Shown piece by piece: positions 21,173 to 30,914 of a stretch of 64,000 nt of DNA. The stretch comes from an uncultured Rubrivivax sp. (GTDB lineage: Bacteria > Pseudomonadota > Gammaproteobacteria > Burkholderiales > Burkholderiaceae_C), in assembly GCA_964400135.1 (NCBI GenBank), contig CAYNSW010000006.1, forward strand, positions 41,989-105,988, given 5' to 3'. Numbering within the stretch: position 1 is the first letter of the stretch; every line of letters begins with the position of its first letter. The translations under genes and the position numbers were made by a program. The notes under the pieces are model-generated. The model searched no databases, had not been told where the DNA came from, and saw only the letters and a list, made by a program, of their open reading frames with translations.

Positions 21173-23671
21173 ATGGCACAGGCTCCCACCGAACAGGATA
21201 TTCAGGCTTGGTTTACGGACCAGCACTGGCAGGCTCACGACTTCCAAAAGGCGGTGTGGTCGGCGATGGCCAGCACAAGAAGTGGGCTGCTGCATGCCAG
21301 CACGGGCAGCGGCAAGACCTATGCGGTCTGGATGGGAGCCTTGATGCGCGCCCAACCCGCCAGCCAACCGGTGCGGCTGCAGGTCTTGTGGATCACGCCC
21401 ATGCGGGCTCTCGCAGCCGATACCGTGGTCGCCCTGGAGCGGCCCTTGAGCTCCTTGATGCCAAGCTGGCGTGTTCAGTCCCGTACGGGTGACACATCTG
21501 CTGCCCAAAGGTCGCAACAGCAGCGTAGAGGGGTTCACGCCTTGGTCACCACTCCCGAGTCCCTCAGCTTGATGCTCACCCGTGAGCAGGCGCAGGCCGA
21601 CTTGAGTGCGGTACACACCGTGATCGTCGATGAATGGCACGAACTGCTGGGGTCTAAACGGGGTGTCCAAACGCAATTGGCGCTGGCTCGCCTCAGACGC
21701 TGGAATCCGGAATTGGTGATTTGGGGGTTGTCGGCCACGCTGGGTAATCTGTCTGAAGCGGCCTACCAGCTCACCGGATCGCACGAGGCTTTGCTCATAC
21801 AGGCGCGCGTGAACAAGCGCATAGACATCGATACGCTGTTGCCTGCCCAGCCGGGCCGATTCAGCTGGACGGGTCACCTGGGGGCTCAAATGCTGGAGCC
21901 TGTCATTCAAGAGATACAAGACAGTCGCTCATGCATCGTCTTCACCAATGTCCGCTCCCAGGCGGAAATCTGGTACCAGCTGATATTGCAGGAACGCCCC
22001 GATTGGGCGGGGCTGATCGCTCTTCACCATGGATCGCTCGATAAATCGGTGCGACAGTGGGTAGAGAGCGGTCTGAAAGACGGGACACTCAAAGCGGTGG
22101 TGGCCACCTCTTCCCTGGACTTGGGCGTGGACTTCTTGCCAGTAGAGCGCGTGTTGCAAATCGGTAGCGCCAAGGCAGTTGCTCGCTTATTGCAGCGTGC
22201 AGGCCGCAGCGGCCATGCCCCGGGCCGGACCAGCCGAGCCACTTTGGTACCGACCCATACCCTGGAGCTCGTCGAGTCAGCGGCAGTCCGGCAAGCAGCC
22301 TTGACGGGCCATGTGGAGTCTCGGCATTCGCCTGCCAAGCCCATGGACGTGCTGGTGCAGCATCTGGTGACTGTGGCCATGGGCGGGGGTTTTGAGCCTG
22401 TCTCTTTGCTTGAGGAGGTGCGCAGTGCCCCCTGCTATGCCGACCTGACGAACCAGGAATTTGAGTGGGCGGTGGCGTTTTGCGAGCGTGGGGGTCTGAG
22501 TCTCCAAGCCTATCCACACTACCACCGCATACAGTGGGTGGACAGCTGTTACCGGGTACCTGATCGGGGAATCGCCATGCGTCACCGCCTGCAGGTGGGC
22601 ACGATCGTCAGCGACAGCACCATGACTGTGCGCTGGGTCAGCGGTGGAATATTGGGCCACTTAGAGGAGAGCTTCGTGGCCAGACTCAAGCCGGGCGATA
22701 CCTTTGTGTTTGCAGGTAGGTTGTTGGAGTTCGTGCGGACTCGAGAAATGTCCGCCTGGGTTCGACGGGCCACGCGGGCTCAAGGTGTGGTGCCGGCCTG
22801 GGCAGGCAGCAAGATGGCCCTTTCGGGAGAGTTGGCCCAGGAGGTTTTGTCTTTGCTGCACGCGGCCGGACGTGGCGAATTCATCGGTCCAGAAATGCAG
22901 TGCGCGCGTCCCATGCTGGAGGCCCAAGCCCGATTGAGCCAGCTGCCCCGGCCTGGGGAAGTTTTGGTCGAGACCTACCGCTCGCGCGAGGGTCAACATC
23001 TGTTTATTTATCCCTTTGCAGGGCGACAGGTGCATCTGGGCTTGGCGCAACTGATGGCGTGGCGACTGGCGCGCCTATCGCCCAATACCTTTTCTTTGAG
23101 TGTCAATGACTATGGGCTGGAGATCCTGGGGGCCCGAGATTTCGATTGGCGGGTCTTGCGGCAAGCCACTGTGTGCGACGCTCTAGACCTGAGGCAAGAG
23201 GTGTGGGACAGCTTGAATTCAGGCGAACTGTCTCAACGGCGCTTTCGTGAGATTGCGCGTGTGGCTGGCTTGGTTTTCAACGGTTATCCCGGGGCACCTC
23301 CGAGCACACGTCAGCTGCAGGCCTCTGCGGGGCTATTCTTCGAGGTATTTCAAAAATATGACCCCGACAACCAACTTCTGCGCCAGGCTCGCGACGAGGT
23401 CTTGTCGCAGGAAATCGACCTAAGCAGGATGCACCAGTCTTGGCAGACCTTGTGGAGCAGTCCGTGGCAGGAGGTGGACTTAAAGGCGCCCAGCCCGTTT
23501 GCGCTGCCCCTCCTGGTGGACCGATTCCGCGAGCGGTTGAGTAACGAGAAACTACAAGACCGACTCGAGCGCCTCTTGCAGCAGGCCCACAGGGCCTTGG
23601 ATGAGCCCCAGTCCTCGCGCGCCTCGCGCTCTGCACAGGCCAGGCGCTCGAGGCGTAGTATGTCTTCATGA
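21173..23671 (+). CDS. Lhr-Core (ligase-associated DNA damage response) DEXH helicase
   Basis: ASTGSGKT, ITPMRALA, VDEWHEL, LSATL, HHGSL, TSSLDLGVDF, QRAGRSGH; 832 aa, lacking the full Lhr C-terminal domain. Confidence 0.93.
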   Translation: MAQAPTEQDIQAWFTDQHWQAHDFQKAVWSAMASTRSGLLHASTGSGKTYAVWMGALMRAQPASQPVRLQVLWITPMRALAADTVVALERPLSSLMPSWRVQSRTGDTSAAQRSQQQRRGVHALVTTPESLSLMLTREQAQADLSAVHTVIVDEWHELLGSKRGVQTQLALARLRRWNPELVIWGLSATLGNLSEAAYQLTGSHEALLIQARVNKRIDIDTLLPAQPGRFSWTGHLGAQMLEPVIQEIQDSRSCIVFTNVRSQAEIWYQLILQERPDWAGLIALHHGSLDKSVRQWVESGLKDGTLKAVVATSSLDLGVDFLPVERVLQIGSAKAVARLLQRAGRSGHAPGRTSRATLVPTHTLELVESAAVRQAALTGHVESRHSPAKPMDVLVQHLVTVAMGGGFEPVSLLEEVRSAPCYADLTNQEFEWAVAFCERGGLSLQAYPHYHRIQWVDSCYRVPDRGIAMRHRLQVGTIVSDSTMTVRWVSGGILGHLEESFVARLKPGDTFVFAGRLLEFVRTREMSAWVRRATRAQGVVPAWAGSKMALSGELAQEVLSLLHAAGRGEFIGPEMQCARPMLEAQARLSQLPRPGEVLVETYRSREGQHLFIYPFAGRQVHLGLAQLMAWRLARLSPNTFSLSVNDYGLEILGARDFDWRVLRQATVCDALDLRQEVWDSLNSGELSQRRFREIARVAGLVFNGYPGAPPSTRQLQASAGLFFEVFQKYDPDNQLLRQARDEVLSQEIDLSRMHQSWQTLWSSPWQEVDLKAPSPFALPLLVDRFRERLSNEKLQDRLERLLQQAHRALDEPQSSRASRSAQARRSRRSMSS

Positions 23672-24072
23672 GGCGCAAACGCTGGTGGCGATTTTTTGAC
23701 CTGGCCCGCTTGGCGGGCGTGTTGCTGGGCCTGTGGCAATTGGCTCAGCACCCTCAAGCTCCACGCCCGGCCCGATGGGTGGCGTTCATGGTGGTGGCCT
23801 ATGCGCTCAGCCCGGTTGACCTCATTCCTGATTTCATCCCGTGGCTGGGGCAGTTGGACGAGTTGGTCATCATCCCCCTGGGGGTGGCGCTGGTCATCCG
23901 TTTGACGCCCGAGGCCATGTGGCGTCAGTGCCTGTTGCAAGGCAGACGCCGCGCCCAGGGGCTGCCCCGCCTGGTGGTGGGAGCTTTTCTGGTGGTGGCC
24001 ATCTGGGCGCTGCTGGCTGCCGCTTTGGCTTTTTTTATAGTGGGTCAGATCAGCGCTGCGCTGAGCAGCTGA
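23668..24072 (+). CDS. YkvA/DUF1232 membrane protein
   Basis: VAYALSPVDLIPDFIPWLGQLDE; ATGA overlap with the helicase stop. Confidence 0.88.
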   Translation: MRRKRWWRFFDLARLAGVLLGLWQLAQHPQAPRPARWVAFMVVAYALSPVDLIPDFIPWLGQLDELVIIPLGVALVIRLTPEAMWRQCLLQGRRRAQGLPRLVVGAFLVVAIWALLAAALAFFIVGQISAALSS

Positions 24073-24075
24073 GCG

Positions 24076-24741
24076 CTAGGGTCGCCAACGCAGCACGGTC
24101 CACCCCCGCTGAGTCGCCAAGGCGGCCAACTTGGCATCAGGATCCACCGCAACCGCTCGGCGTGTGGCACAGAGCAGCGGCACATCGTTGACCGAGTCGC
24201 TGTAGGAGACCGAGTCGACTTCTGCCAGATGGGTTCCCCGTTGTGCCAACCAAGCTTGTAGTCGCTCTACCTTGCCCTCTCGCATATTCACCACGCCCTG
24301 TGTGCGTCCGGTACACACCCCCTGCGAATCCAGTTCACACTCGGTGGCGATGAGGTGTTCAATCTCCAGGTATTGGGCGGTCAGTTCCGTGAGAAGTCGG
24401 TTGGTGGCTGTGGTCAAGACCACCGTGTCGCCCGCGACGCGGTGGGTGCGAACCTGTCGCATGGCTGCAGCGGGAATGCGCGGAATGATCTCGCGCTCCA
24501 AAAACCGCTTGCGCCAGGGCAACCATTGCTCGGGACTTCGACCGGCCAGCGTGGAGACATAAAAACTGCAAAATGCGTCGGTACTGACCGTGCCCGCCTG
24601 GTAATCCCGCTCCATGGCGGCATTGCGAGGCCCAAAAGTGGCCCGCTCCAGCAGGCCTTCTTGCATCAAGAACTCGCACCACAGCACATCGCTGTCACCA
24701 CTGAGCAGCGTATGGTCCAGGTCGAACAGCGCCAGCCTCAT
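24076..24741 (-). CDS. HAD-IB family phosphatase (SerB-like)
   Basis: LFDLDHTLL, TTATN, GKVERL, YSDSVND, AVDPD. Confidence 0.9.
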   Translation of the reverse strand: MRLALFDLDHTLLSGDSDVLWCEFLMQEGLLERATFGPRNAAMERDYQAGTVSTDAFCSFYVSTLAGRSPEQWLPWRKRFLEREIIPRIPAAAMRQVRTHRVAGDTVVLTTATNRLLTELTAQYLEIEHLIATECELDSQGVCTGRTQGVVNMREGKVERLQAWLAQRGTHLAEVDSVSYSDSVNDVPLLCATRRAVAVDPDAKLAALATQRGWTVLRWRP

Positions 24742-26114
24742 GCAGGCGATCGAAGATGCCACGCCTTGGGTCGGGTGAAGGTCCGAATGCCTTCGGTAGA
24801 CAAAGTCAGCCCAATACCGGAGTCGCCTACGCCCGACCACGGCAGGCGGGGACTCACCCGATCACAGCAGTTCCAATAGGCACTACCTGCGCGCACACGA
24901 GACAGGAGGTGTTGGGCGGCATCCTCATCTGCCGTGTATACCCCAGCTGTCAAGCCATAGCGGCTGTCGTTCATGAGGTTCAACGCTTCTTCATCATCCA
25001 TGACCTTTTGAATGCCGATGATGGGGCCAAAGCTTTCCTCACGCATCACCGCCATGGTGTGATTGACCTCCGTGAGTACCGTGGGCTCAAACCAGTTGCC
25101 GGGTCCGGGGCGACGATTCCCGCCGCGGCGTAAGGTTGCGCCGCGAGACAGTGCATCTTGAACCTGCTGTTCGAGCAGATCCAGTTGCGCCGGCCGCGTG
25201 ATGGCGCCGATGTAGGTGTCTGGCTGCATCGGATCGCCCTGCTTGAAGCCATCCACCGTGGCCAGAAAATGCGCCAAGAATGCGTCATACACCTGCGCGT
25301 GCACATAAATGCGCTCTACCGAGCAACAGCTCTGCCCCGTGTTGTACATCGCCCCGTCTGCCAGGCTTTGGGCGGCCACCTGTGCATTGGCGTCAGCACG
25401 CACGTAGGCGGGATCCTTGCCACCCAACTCAAGCTGGAGCTTGACCAGACGCGGAGCCAAGGTTTGTGCAATCTTCACACCGGTGGCGTGACTGCCTGTA
25501 AAAAACAGCCCGTCAATGGGCTGCGCAAGCAAGGTTGCGCCGGTGAGACCGTCACCGACAATGAGCTGGAGCACGTCTGAGGGCACGCCTGATTGGTGCA
25601 ACAAGTGAACGATGCGCTCCCCGGTCAACAAGGCCAATTCACTCGGTTTGTAAAGCACGGCATTACCCATAAGCAGCGCGGGCACCAACACATTGCACCC
25701 GACGAACCAGGGGTAGTTCCAAGCCGAGATATTGGCCACAACCCCAAGTGGTTCGTAGCCAATCATCTCGCGCAAACCAGTCTCGGCGTGGACCGTCTGG
25801 GCGCTGCAAGCGGCCGGCGCATGCTCGATGAAGAAATCCAGCCGCCCAAGCAGTCCGTTAAGTTCGTTGCGCGACTGGGAGATGGGCTTGCCCACCTCGG
25901 TGGTCAGGATAGCAGCCAAATCATCGAGTTGGTCCACCACAGCCTGGCGAAAGCCCGTCATGACCTCTTGCCGGTGCGCAAGCGAGCACTGCGCCCAAGC
26001 GGGCTGCGCCAGGCGGGCCGCCGTGGCCTTGCGGGAGACTTCGGCCTGGTCGTCCATGGGCATCTCGCCTGCCCGTTGCCCGGTAGCGGGGTTGATCACC
26101 GTCATCGTACTCAT
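24738..26114 (-). CDS. Aldehyde dehydrogenase
   Basis: INPATG, ISAWNYP, YKPSE, FTGS, LELGGKDP, GQSCCSVER, EESFGP. Confidence 0.93.
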   Translation of the reverse strand: MSTMTVINPATGQRAGEMPMDDQAEVSRKATAARLAQPAWAQCSLAHRQEVMTGFRQAVVDQLDDLAAILTTEVGKPISQSRNELNGLLGRLDFFIEHAPAACSAQTVHAETGLREMIGYEPLGVVANISAWNYPWFVGCNVLVPALLMGNAVLYKPSELALLTGERIVHLLHQSGVPSDVLQLIVGDGLTGATLLAQPIDGLFFTGSHATGVKIAQTLAPRLVKLQLELGGKDPAYVRADANAQVAAQSLADGAMYNTGQSCCSVERIYVHAQVYDAFLAHFLATVDGFKQGDPMQPDTYIGAITRPAQLDLLEQQVQDALSRGATLRRGGNRRPGPGNWFEPTVLTEVNHTMAVMREESFGPIIGIQKVMDDEEALNLMNDSRYGLTAGVYTADEDAAQHLLSRVRAGSAYWNCCDRVSPRLPWSGVGDSGIGLTLSTEGIRTFTRPKAWHLRSPA

Positions 26115-26124
26115 GGCATGAACC

Positions 26125-26931
26125 TCATTTGGACCGGACAGCGCGCGCTGCATCGAGAAAGTCTTGAAGCAGTGCCGAGTCGTCGAAGTGTTGTGGATGC
26201 CCGGTTTGGTGGAATTCGGGGTGCCACTGTACGGCCGCGATGTAGCCTGGGCCTTCTTGGCGGATGGCCTCGACAATGCCGTCATGTGGGCAGCGCGCCT
26301 CAATGACAAAGCCCGGGGCGAGCTGCTTGATGCCTTGGTGGTGGATGCTGTTGGTCGTGACCAGAGACTGGCCAGGGTACAAACCGGCCAGGTGCGAACC
26401 ACTGATCAACTCGACCTCATGGAAGTGCTGCTCGTAGCGACCCAGTTGTCGGTGCTCGCGCGCGCCGCTCACCTGCGTGGCCAAATCTTGGTACAGAGAG
26501 CCTCCAAACATCACATTGATCAGTTGCATGCCACGGCACACGCCAAAGACGGGCTTCCCAGCCCTTACAAAGGCGTCAATCAATTCCATCTCATAGCGGT
26601 CCCGCACGATATCGCCCGCCCAAGCCGGGTCCAAGGGCTCTTCGCCGTAGCACTGCGGCGCCACATCGTTACCACCTTGCAGCACCAGACCGTCCAAGGC
26701 GCCAGCGTAGTCATGCAAGTTCAAATCGGTGCGCTCGACGATGCTGTCGCGGGTAACCGCCGGAATCATCACGGCCATGGCGTGCCCTGAGAGGATCCAA
26801 TGGGCCACCGACTGCTCCAGGTAGTGCAGTGTCTTGGTGAACACCCCAGGCAGAGCCCCATGAGTCCCGGGGTAGTAAATCCGAGCTGAGACGCCAATCA
26901 GCAGGGGCCGGGCAGACGAAGCGGTACTCAC
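26125..26931 (-). CDS. Gamma-glutamyl-gamma-aminobutyrate hydrolase family (PuuD-like, peptidase C26)
   Basis: LQGGND, RDRYE, GVCRGMQLIN, NSIHHQ, VQWHPE (Cys-His-Glu triad). Confidence 0.9.
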   Translation of the reverse strand: MSTASSARPLLIGVSARIYYPGTHGALPGVFTKTLHYLEQSVAHWILSGHAMAVMIPAVTRDSIVERTDLNLHDYAGALDGLVLQGGNDVAPQCYGEEPLDPAWAGDIVRDRYEMELIDAFVRAGKPVFGVCRGMQLINVMFGGSLYQDLATQVSGAREHRQLGRYEQHFHEVELISGSHLAGLYPGQSLVTTNSIHHQGIKQLAPGFVIEARCPHDGIVEAIRQEGPGYIAAVQWHPEFHQTGHPQHFDDSALLQDFLDAARAVRSK

Positions 26932-28067
26932 AGCGCTTGGCGAAATAAATGCTCGTAGTCCTGCGCCGTTGCGGGGCGCGGATTGGTCCCACCGGTGAAG
27001 TCTTGGGCTGCCAACGGTACCAGGCGAGGCAGATGCTCGATCGTGACGCCGTGAGATGAAAGCGATCCGCTGATCCCAATGCGATGTTTGAGCCGACGCA
27101 GCCAGCCGACAAAGTCGGCGCCGCTTTGGGCGCCCACCACGTGGGCCATCTCATCAAATTTGGCCGGCACGGCCTCCAAGTTCCAGGCCATGACGGTGTC
27201 GATCATCAGCGCATTGGCCAGTCCGTGATGCATATCGCACACAGCGCCTAAAGCATGAGCGCAGGCGTGTACCGAGCCGAGATCCTTTTGAAATGCGATG
27301 GCTCCCATCATGGAGCTCATCATCATGTCGCTGCGCGCCTTCAGGTTCGTCGGCTCGGCCACCGCAGTAGCCAAGGCCGCCGCACCCACACGCAGGCCTT
27401 CGAGTGCAATACCGTCGCACAAGGGGTGATAGGCTGGGGAAAGGTAGCTCTCAATGTTGTGCGTCAGGGCATCCATGCCTGTGGCGGCGGTGATAGCAGC
27501 AGGCAGCGCCAAGGTCAGTTCGGGATCGGCAAAGACCATGCGCGCCAAGATCTTGGGGTTGAACACGGTCCGCTTGTGGTGGGTGGCATCTTCAGAGATC
27601 ACTGCAGACCTACCTACCTCCGATCCTGTGCCCGAGGTGGTGGGCAGCGCCACGAAGTAAGGCAAGGGGTGCTCGATGGCTCGCACCTGCGGGTGATCCC
27701 ACACGTACTCCAGGATGTGACCCTCGTGCGTGGCGGCCACGCCGACCACCTTGGCGACGTCTAAAGCCGCACCGCCACCAAAGCCGATGACGGCATCGGC
27801 GCCGTGGGCCCGAAAGGCTGCGGCTCCCGCCATGACTTGGGCGCAGGTGGGGTTGCCCCAAACCCCGTCAAAGACGCCCACCGCCAGATCGGCCAAGTGG
27901 CTGCGAAACTCATCCATGACCGGCAAGCGCGCCAACGCGCGATCGGTCACGATCAAAGGCCGTCTAATTCCCTGTTCCAGCAGGTGCGGACCAACCAGGC
28001 GCCGGGCACCAGCGCCAAAGGCAATGGGAGTGGGGAAGGCGAATCGGGAGATGGTGGTCTGGCTCAT
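26928..28067 (-). CDS. Iron-containing alcohol dehydrogenase
   Basis: GFGGGAALD, PTTSGTGSEV, GMDALTHNIE, HACAH, HHGLANA. Confidence 0.93.
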   Translation of the reverse strand: MSQTTISRFAFPTPIAFGAGARRLVGPHLLEQGIRRPLIVTDRALARLPVMDEFRSHLADLAVGVFDGVWGNPTCAQVMAGAAAFRAHGADAVIGFGGGAALDVAKVVGVAATHEGHILEYVWDHPQVRAIEHPLPYFVALPTTSGTGSEVGRSAVISEDATHHKRTVFNPKILARMVFADPELTLALPAAITAATGMDALTHNIESYLSPAYHPLCDGIALEGLRVGAAALATAVAEPTNLKARSDMMMSSMMGAIAFQKDLGSVHACAHALGAVCDMHHGLANALMIDTVMAWNLEAVPAKFDEMAHVVGAQSGADFVGWLRRLKHRIGISGSLSSHGVTIEHLPRLVPLAAQDFTGGTNPRPATAQDYEHLFRQAL

Positions 28068-28097
28068 CCCCGCATTGTGGATCAAACCGCTGCGGTT

Positions 28098-29936
28098 TCA
28101 GCGCAGGGGCTCGGTGCGCCGAAGCAGCCAATCGAGGGCTTGTCCCGTCACCCGCGGCGATAGGCGCTCGCGCACGGTGGCGTGGTAGGCGTTGAGCCAC
28201 GCCACCTCGTCCTCGCGCAGCAAAGCCCGGTCGATACACCGGGTGTCAATGGGGCACAGGGTCAGGGTCTCAAACTCCAGAAACTCGCCAAAGGTGGTGC
28301 CCTCGGGCACCTGCGCGCAGACATTGAGCACCAGATTTTCGATCCGTACGCCCCACTGACCGGGTCGGTAGACGCCCGGCTCGATGGAGGTGATCATCCC
28401 CGGCTCCATGGCCATGTGGGCGTCGGGTATGGCCTTGCTGATGCTCTGTGGACCTTCATGCACGTTGAGGAAATAGCCCACCCCGTGGCCCGTACCATGA
28501 CCAAACTCCACACCCTGAGCCCACAGCGGTGACCGCGCCAGAGCATCGAGCATCGGGCTGAGGGTGCCTCGCGGGAATCGCGCGCGGCTGAGGTTCATCG
28601 TACCCTTGAGCACCAAGGTGTAATCGCGACGCATGGCATCGCTGACCTGTCCAATGGGCCACACCCGGGTGATATCGGTGGTGCCGCCCCGGTACTGCCC
28701 TCCGGAGTCGATCAGCAGCAAGCCATTGCCTTCAATCACGGCGTGACTCTCCGGGGTGGCGCGGTAGTGGGGCAGGGCGCCATTGGCATTGAAGCCCGCA
28801 ATGGTGGGAAAACTCAGGCCGACAAAATGCGAGCGTCTGGCACGTGCCGCACTCAGATGCTCATCGACGGTCAACTCGGTTAGGGGGGCCTCGCCTACCG
28901 CCTGGCCGCTCGCGCGTCGGGCCAATTCGGCCTCGAACCAGGCATAGAACTCGCACATGGCCGCACCATCTTCGACCATGGCTTCTCGGATGTGGGCAGC
29001 CTCCGCCGCCGACTTGCGGCTCTTGAGCAGCGTACTGGGATTGATGGCCTCCACAATCCGGGACGCCTGCGGGAGGCATTGGCGCAATCCCAGCGTGACA
29101 CGCTTGGGATCCAACAGCACGGTTGAAGAGGACTCTAGTTGCGCCAAGACCTGAGGGGCCAGTTCATAGGGTCGGACCTCGATGCCGTCTGCCGACAAGC
29201 GCGAAGCCAAGGGGGGGTCGATCTTGTCCTGTCCCACAAACAAGGTGGCGCCTTGCGATTCGATCAGTAGGTGGGCCAAGAAGACGGGGTTGTAACTGAC
29301 ATCGCCCCCACGCAGGTTGGTCACCCACGCAATGTCATCTACCGTGCTGATGAGATGATGGGTCGCGCCGTGGCGCTGCATGGCCTGCCGGATGAGCGCC
29401 AGGCGCTCCTTGCGTGTTTGGGAGGCAAACGGCGGCAGATGTTCATACACCGGGGCCACGGGCAGGCTGGGACGGTCTGCCCAGATGGTGTCGACCACAT
29501 CCACATCGGTGCGCAGGACGATGCCGTGACGCTCCAAAGTCTGGCCAAGCGCCTGGGATGACATCAACGACAACACCTGGCCATCGACTGCCAGTACCTG
29601 GCCGGAAGTGAGGCGCTCGGCCAGCCAGTCCAGATGCTGGGTTCCGGTGGCGGCGCCGATGCGCACCAGAGCGATGCCACTGCCTTGCAGTTCCCGCTCG
29701 GCTTGCTCCCAGTAGCGGCTGTCGGCAAAGATGGCGGCCTCTTGCAGCGTCACGGCCAAAGTTCCCATCGAGCCCGTGAATCCCGACAGCCACACCCGCG
29801 CTTGCCACCGCTGGGGCAGGTATTCACTCAGGTGTGGGTCCGCGCTGGGCACGAGAACAGCGTGAATCTGGTGTTCACGCATCGTATCGCGCAGTTGTTC
29901 GACGCGCAGCCGCGCTTCAGAAGTTCGAGTGTCCAT
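28098..29936 (-). CDS. Xaa-Pro aminopeptidase (M24B, long form)
   Basis: PSADPHLSEY, SGFTGS, ADSRYW, DSGGQY, GTTDITR, HGTGHGVG, VHEGP, EPGVY, GVRIEN. Confidence 0.93.
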   Translation of the reverse strand: MDTRTSEARLRVEQLRDTMREHQIHAVLVPSADPHLSEYLPQRWQARVWLSGFTGSMGTLAVTLQEAAIFADSRYWEQAERELQGSGIALVRIGAATGTQHLDWLAERLTSGQVLAVDGQVLSLMSSQALGQTLERHGIVLRTDVDVVDTIWADRPSLPVAPVYEHLPPFASQTRKERLALIRQAMQRHGATHHLISTVDDIAWVTNLRGGDVSYNPVFLAHLLIESQGATLFVGQDKIDPPLASRLSADGIEVRPYELAPQVLAQLESSSTVLLDPKRVTLGLRQCLPQASRIVEAINPSTLLKSRKSAAEAAHIREAMVEDGAAMCEFYAWFEAELARRASGQAVGEAPLTELTVDEHLSAARARRSHFVGLSFPTIAGFNANGALPHYRATPESHAVIEGNGLLLIDSGGQYRGGTTDITRVWPIGQVSDAMRRDYTLVLKGTMNLSRARFPRGTLSPMLDALARSPLWAQGVEFGHGTGHGVGYFLNVHEGPQSISKAIPDAHMAMEPGMITSIEPGVYRPGQWGVRIENLVLNVCAQVPEGTTFGEFLEFETLTLCPIDTRCIDRALLREDEVAWLNAYHATVRERLSPRVTGQALDWLLRRTEPLR

Positions 29937-29996
29937 GGTATTTACCGCCTTGAAGGTGATGATCCTACTCGTTTCAGCCTCGTTGCCGCATACCCC

Positions 29997-30914
29997 TTAC
30001 AGATGGGTGCGCAGCCGCCAGATTTCCGGGAATAACACCACATCCAGCATCTTGCGCAAGTAGCCCACGCCGCTTGTGCCGCCAGTGCCCCGTTTAAAGC
30101 CGATCACACGCTCCACGGTGGTCAGATGCCGAAACCGCCACAAACGAAAGGCATCTTCGAGGTCTGTCAACTTCTCGCCCAGCTGGTAGAGCTCCCAATG
30201 CTCTTTGGGCTGCCGGTAGACGCTCAGCCAGGCAGCCTCCACCTCGTCGTTCGCGCTGTACGGATCGCGCCAGTCCCGCTGCAGGTGGCCAGCCGGTATG
30301 GGCAATCCCCGCCGCGCCAGCAGGCGCAGGCTCTCGTCGTACAAAGAGGGCGACTCGTAGGTTTGGGAAACCTGGGCCAAGATGTCCGGGCGGTGCTCGT
30401 GAGGTCGCAGCATCAGGGCATTCTTGTTGCCCAGGGTGAACTCGATGCACCGGTATTGCCAACTTTGAAAACCACTCGAACGCGCCAGATGCGCCCGCAC
30501 GGCGCTGTACTCAGGCGGTGTCATGGTGGCAAGTACATCCCAGGCGTGAACCAATTGCTCCATGATGCGCCCCACACGGGCCAGCATCTTGAAGGCATCG
30601 GGCATCTCGTTTGATGCGACTGCGGCCACTGCAGCGCGCAGTTCGTGCAAGAGCAATTTCATCCACAACTCACTGGTCTGGTGTTGAATGATGAACAACA
30701 TCTCGTTGTGGTCTTGCGATCGGGGGTGCTGTGCGCCCAGGATGGCGTCTAGCTGCAGGTAGTCGCCATAACTCATGTCGGTGGAAAAATCCACCATCGC
30801 CGAGTCGGCCTCGTCTGGTGCCCGCACCTGGGTGGCGTCTGGCGGTTCATCACGCTTGGCGGGCAGCCCATAGCCAAACGGGCAGCCATCATCGTGGCCC
30901 TGGGGCTGACTCAT
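29997..30914 (-). CDS. kynA: Tryptophan 2,3-dioxygenase
   Basis: [46 protein letters not shown]. Confidence 0.96.
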   Translation of the reverse strand: MSQPQGHDDGCPFGYGLPAKRDEPPDATQVRAPDEADSAMVDFSTDMSYGDYLQLDAILGAQHPRSQDHNEMLFIIQHQTSELWMKLLLHELRAAVAAVASNEMPDAFKMLARVGRIMEQLVHAWDVLATMTPPEYSAVRAHLARSSGFQSWQYRCIEFTLGNKNALMLRPHEHRPDILAQVSQTYESPSLYDESLRLLARRGLPIPAGHLQRDWRDPYSANDEVEAAWLSVYRQPKEHWELYQLGEKLTDLEDAFRLWRFRHLTTVERVIGFKRGTGGTSGVGYLRKMLDVVLFPEIWRLRTHL

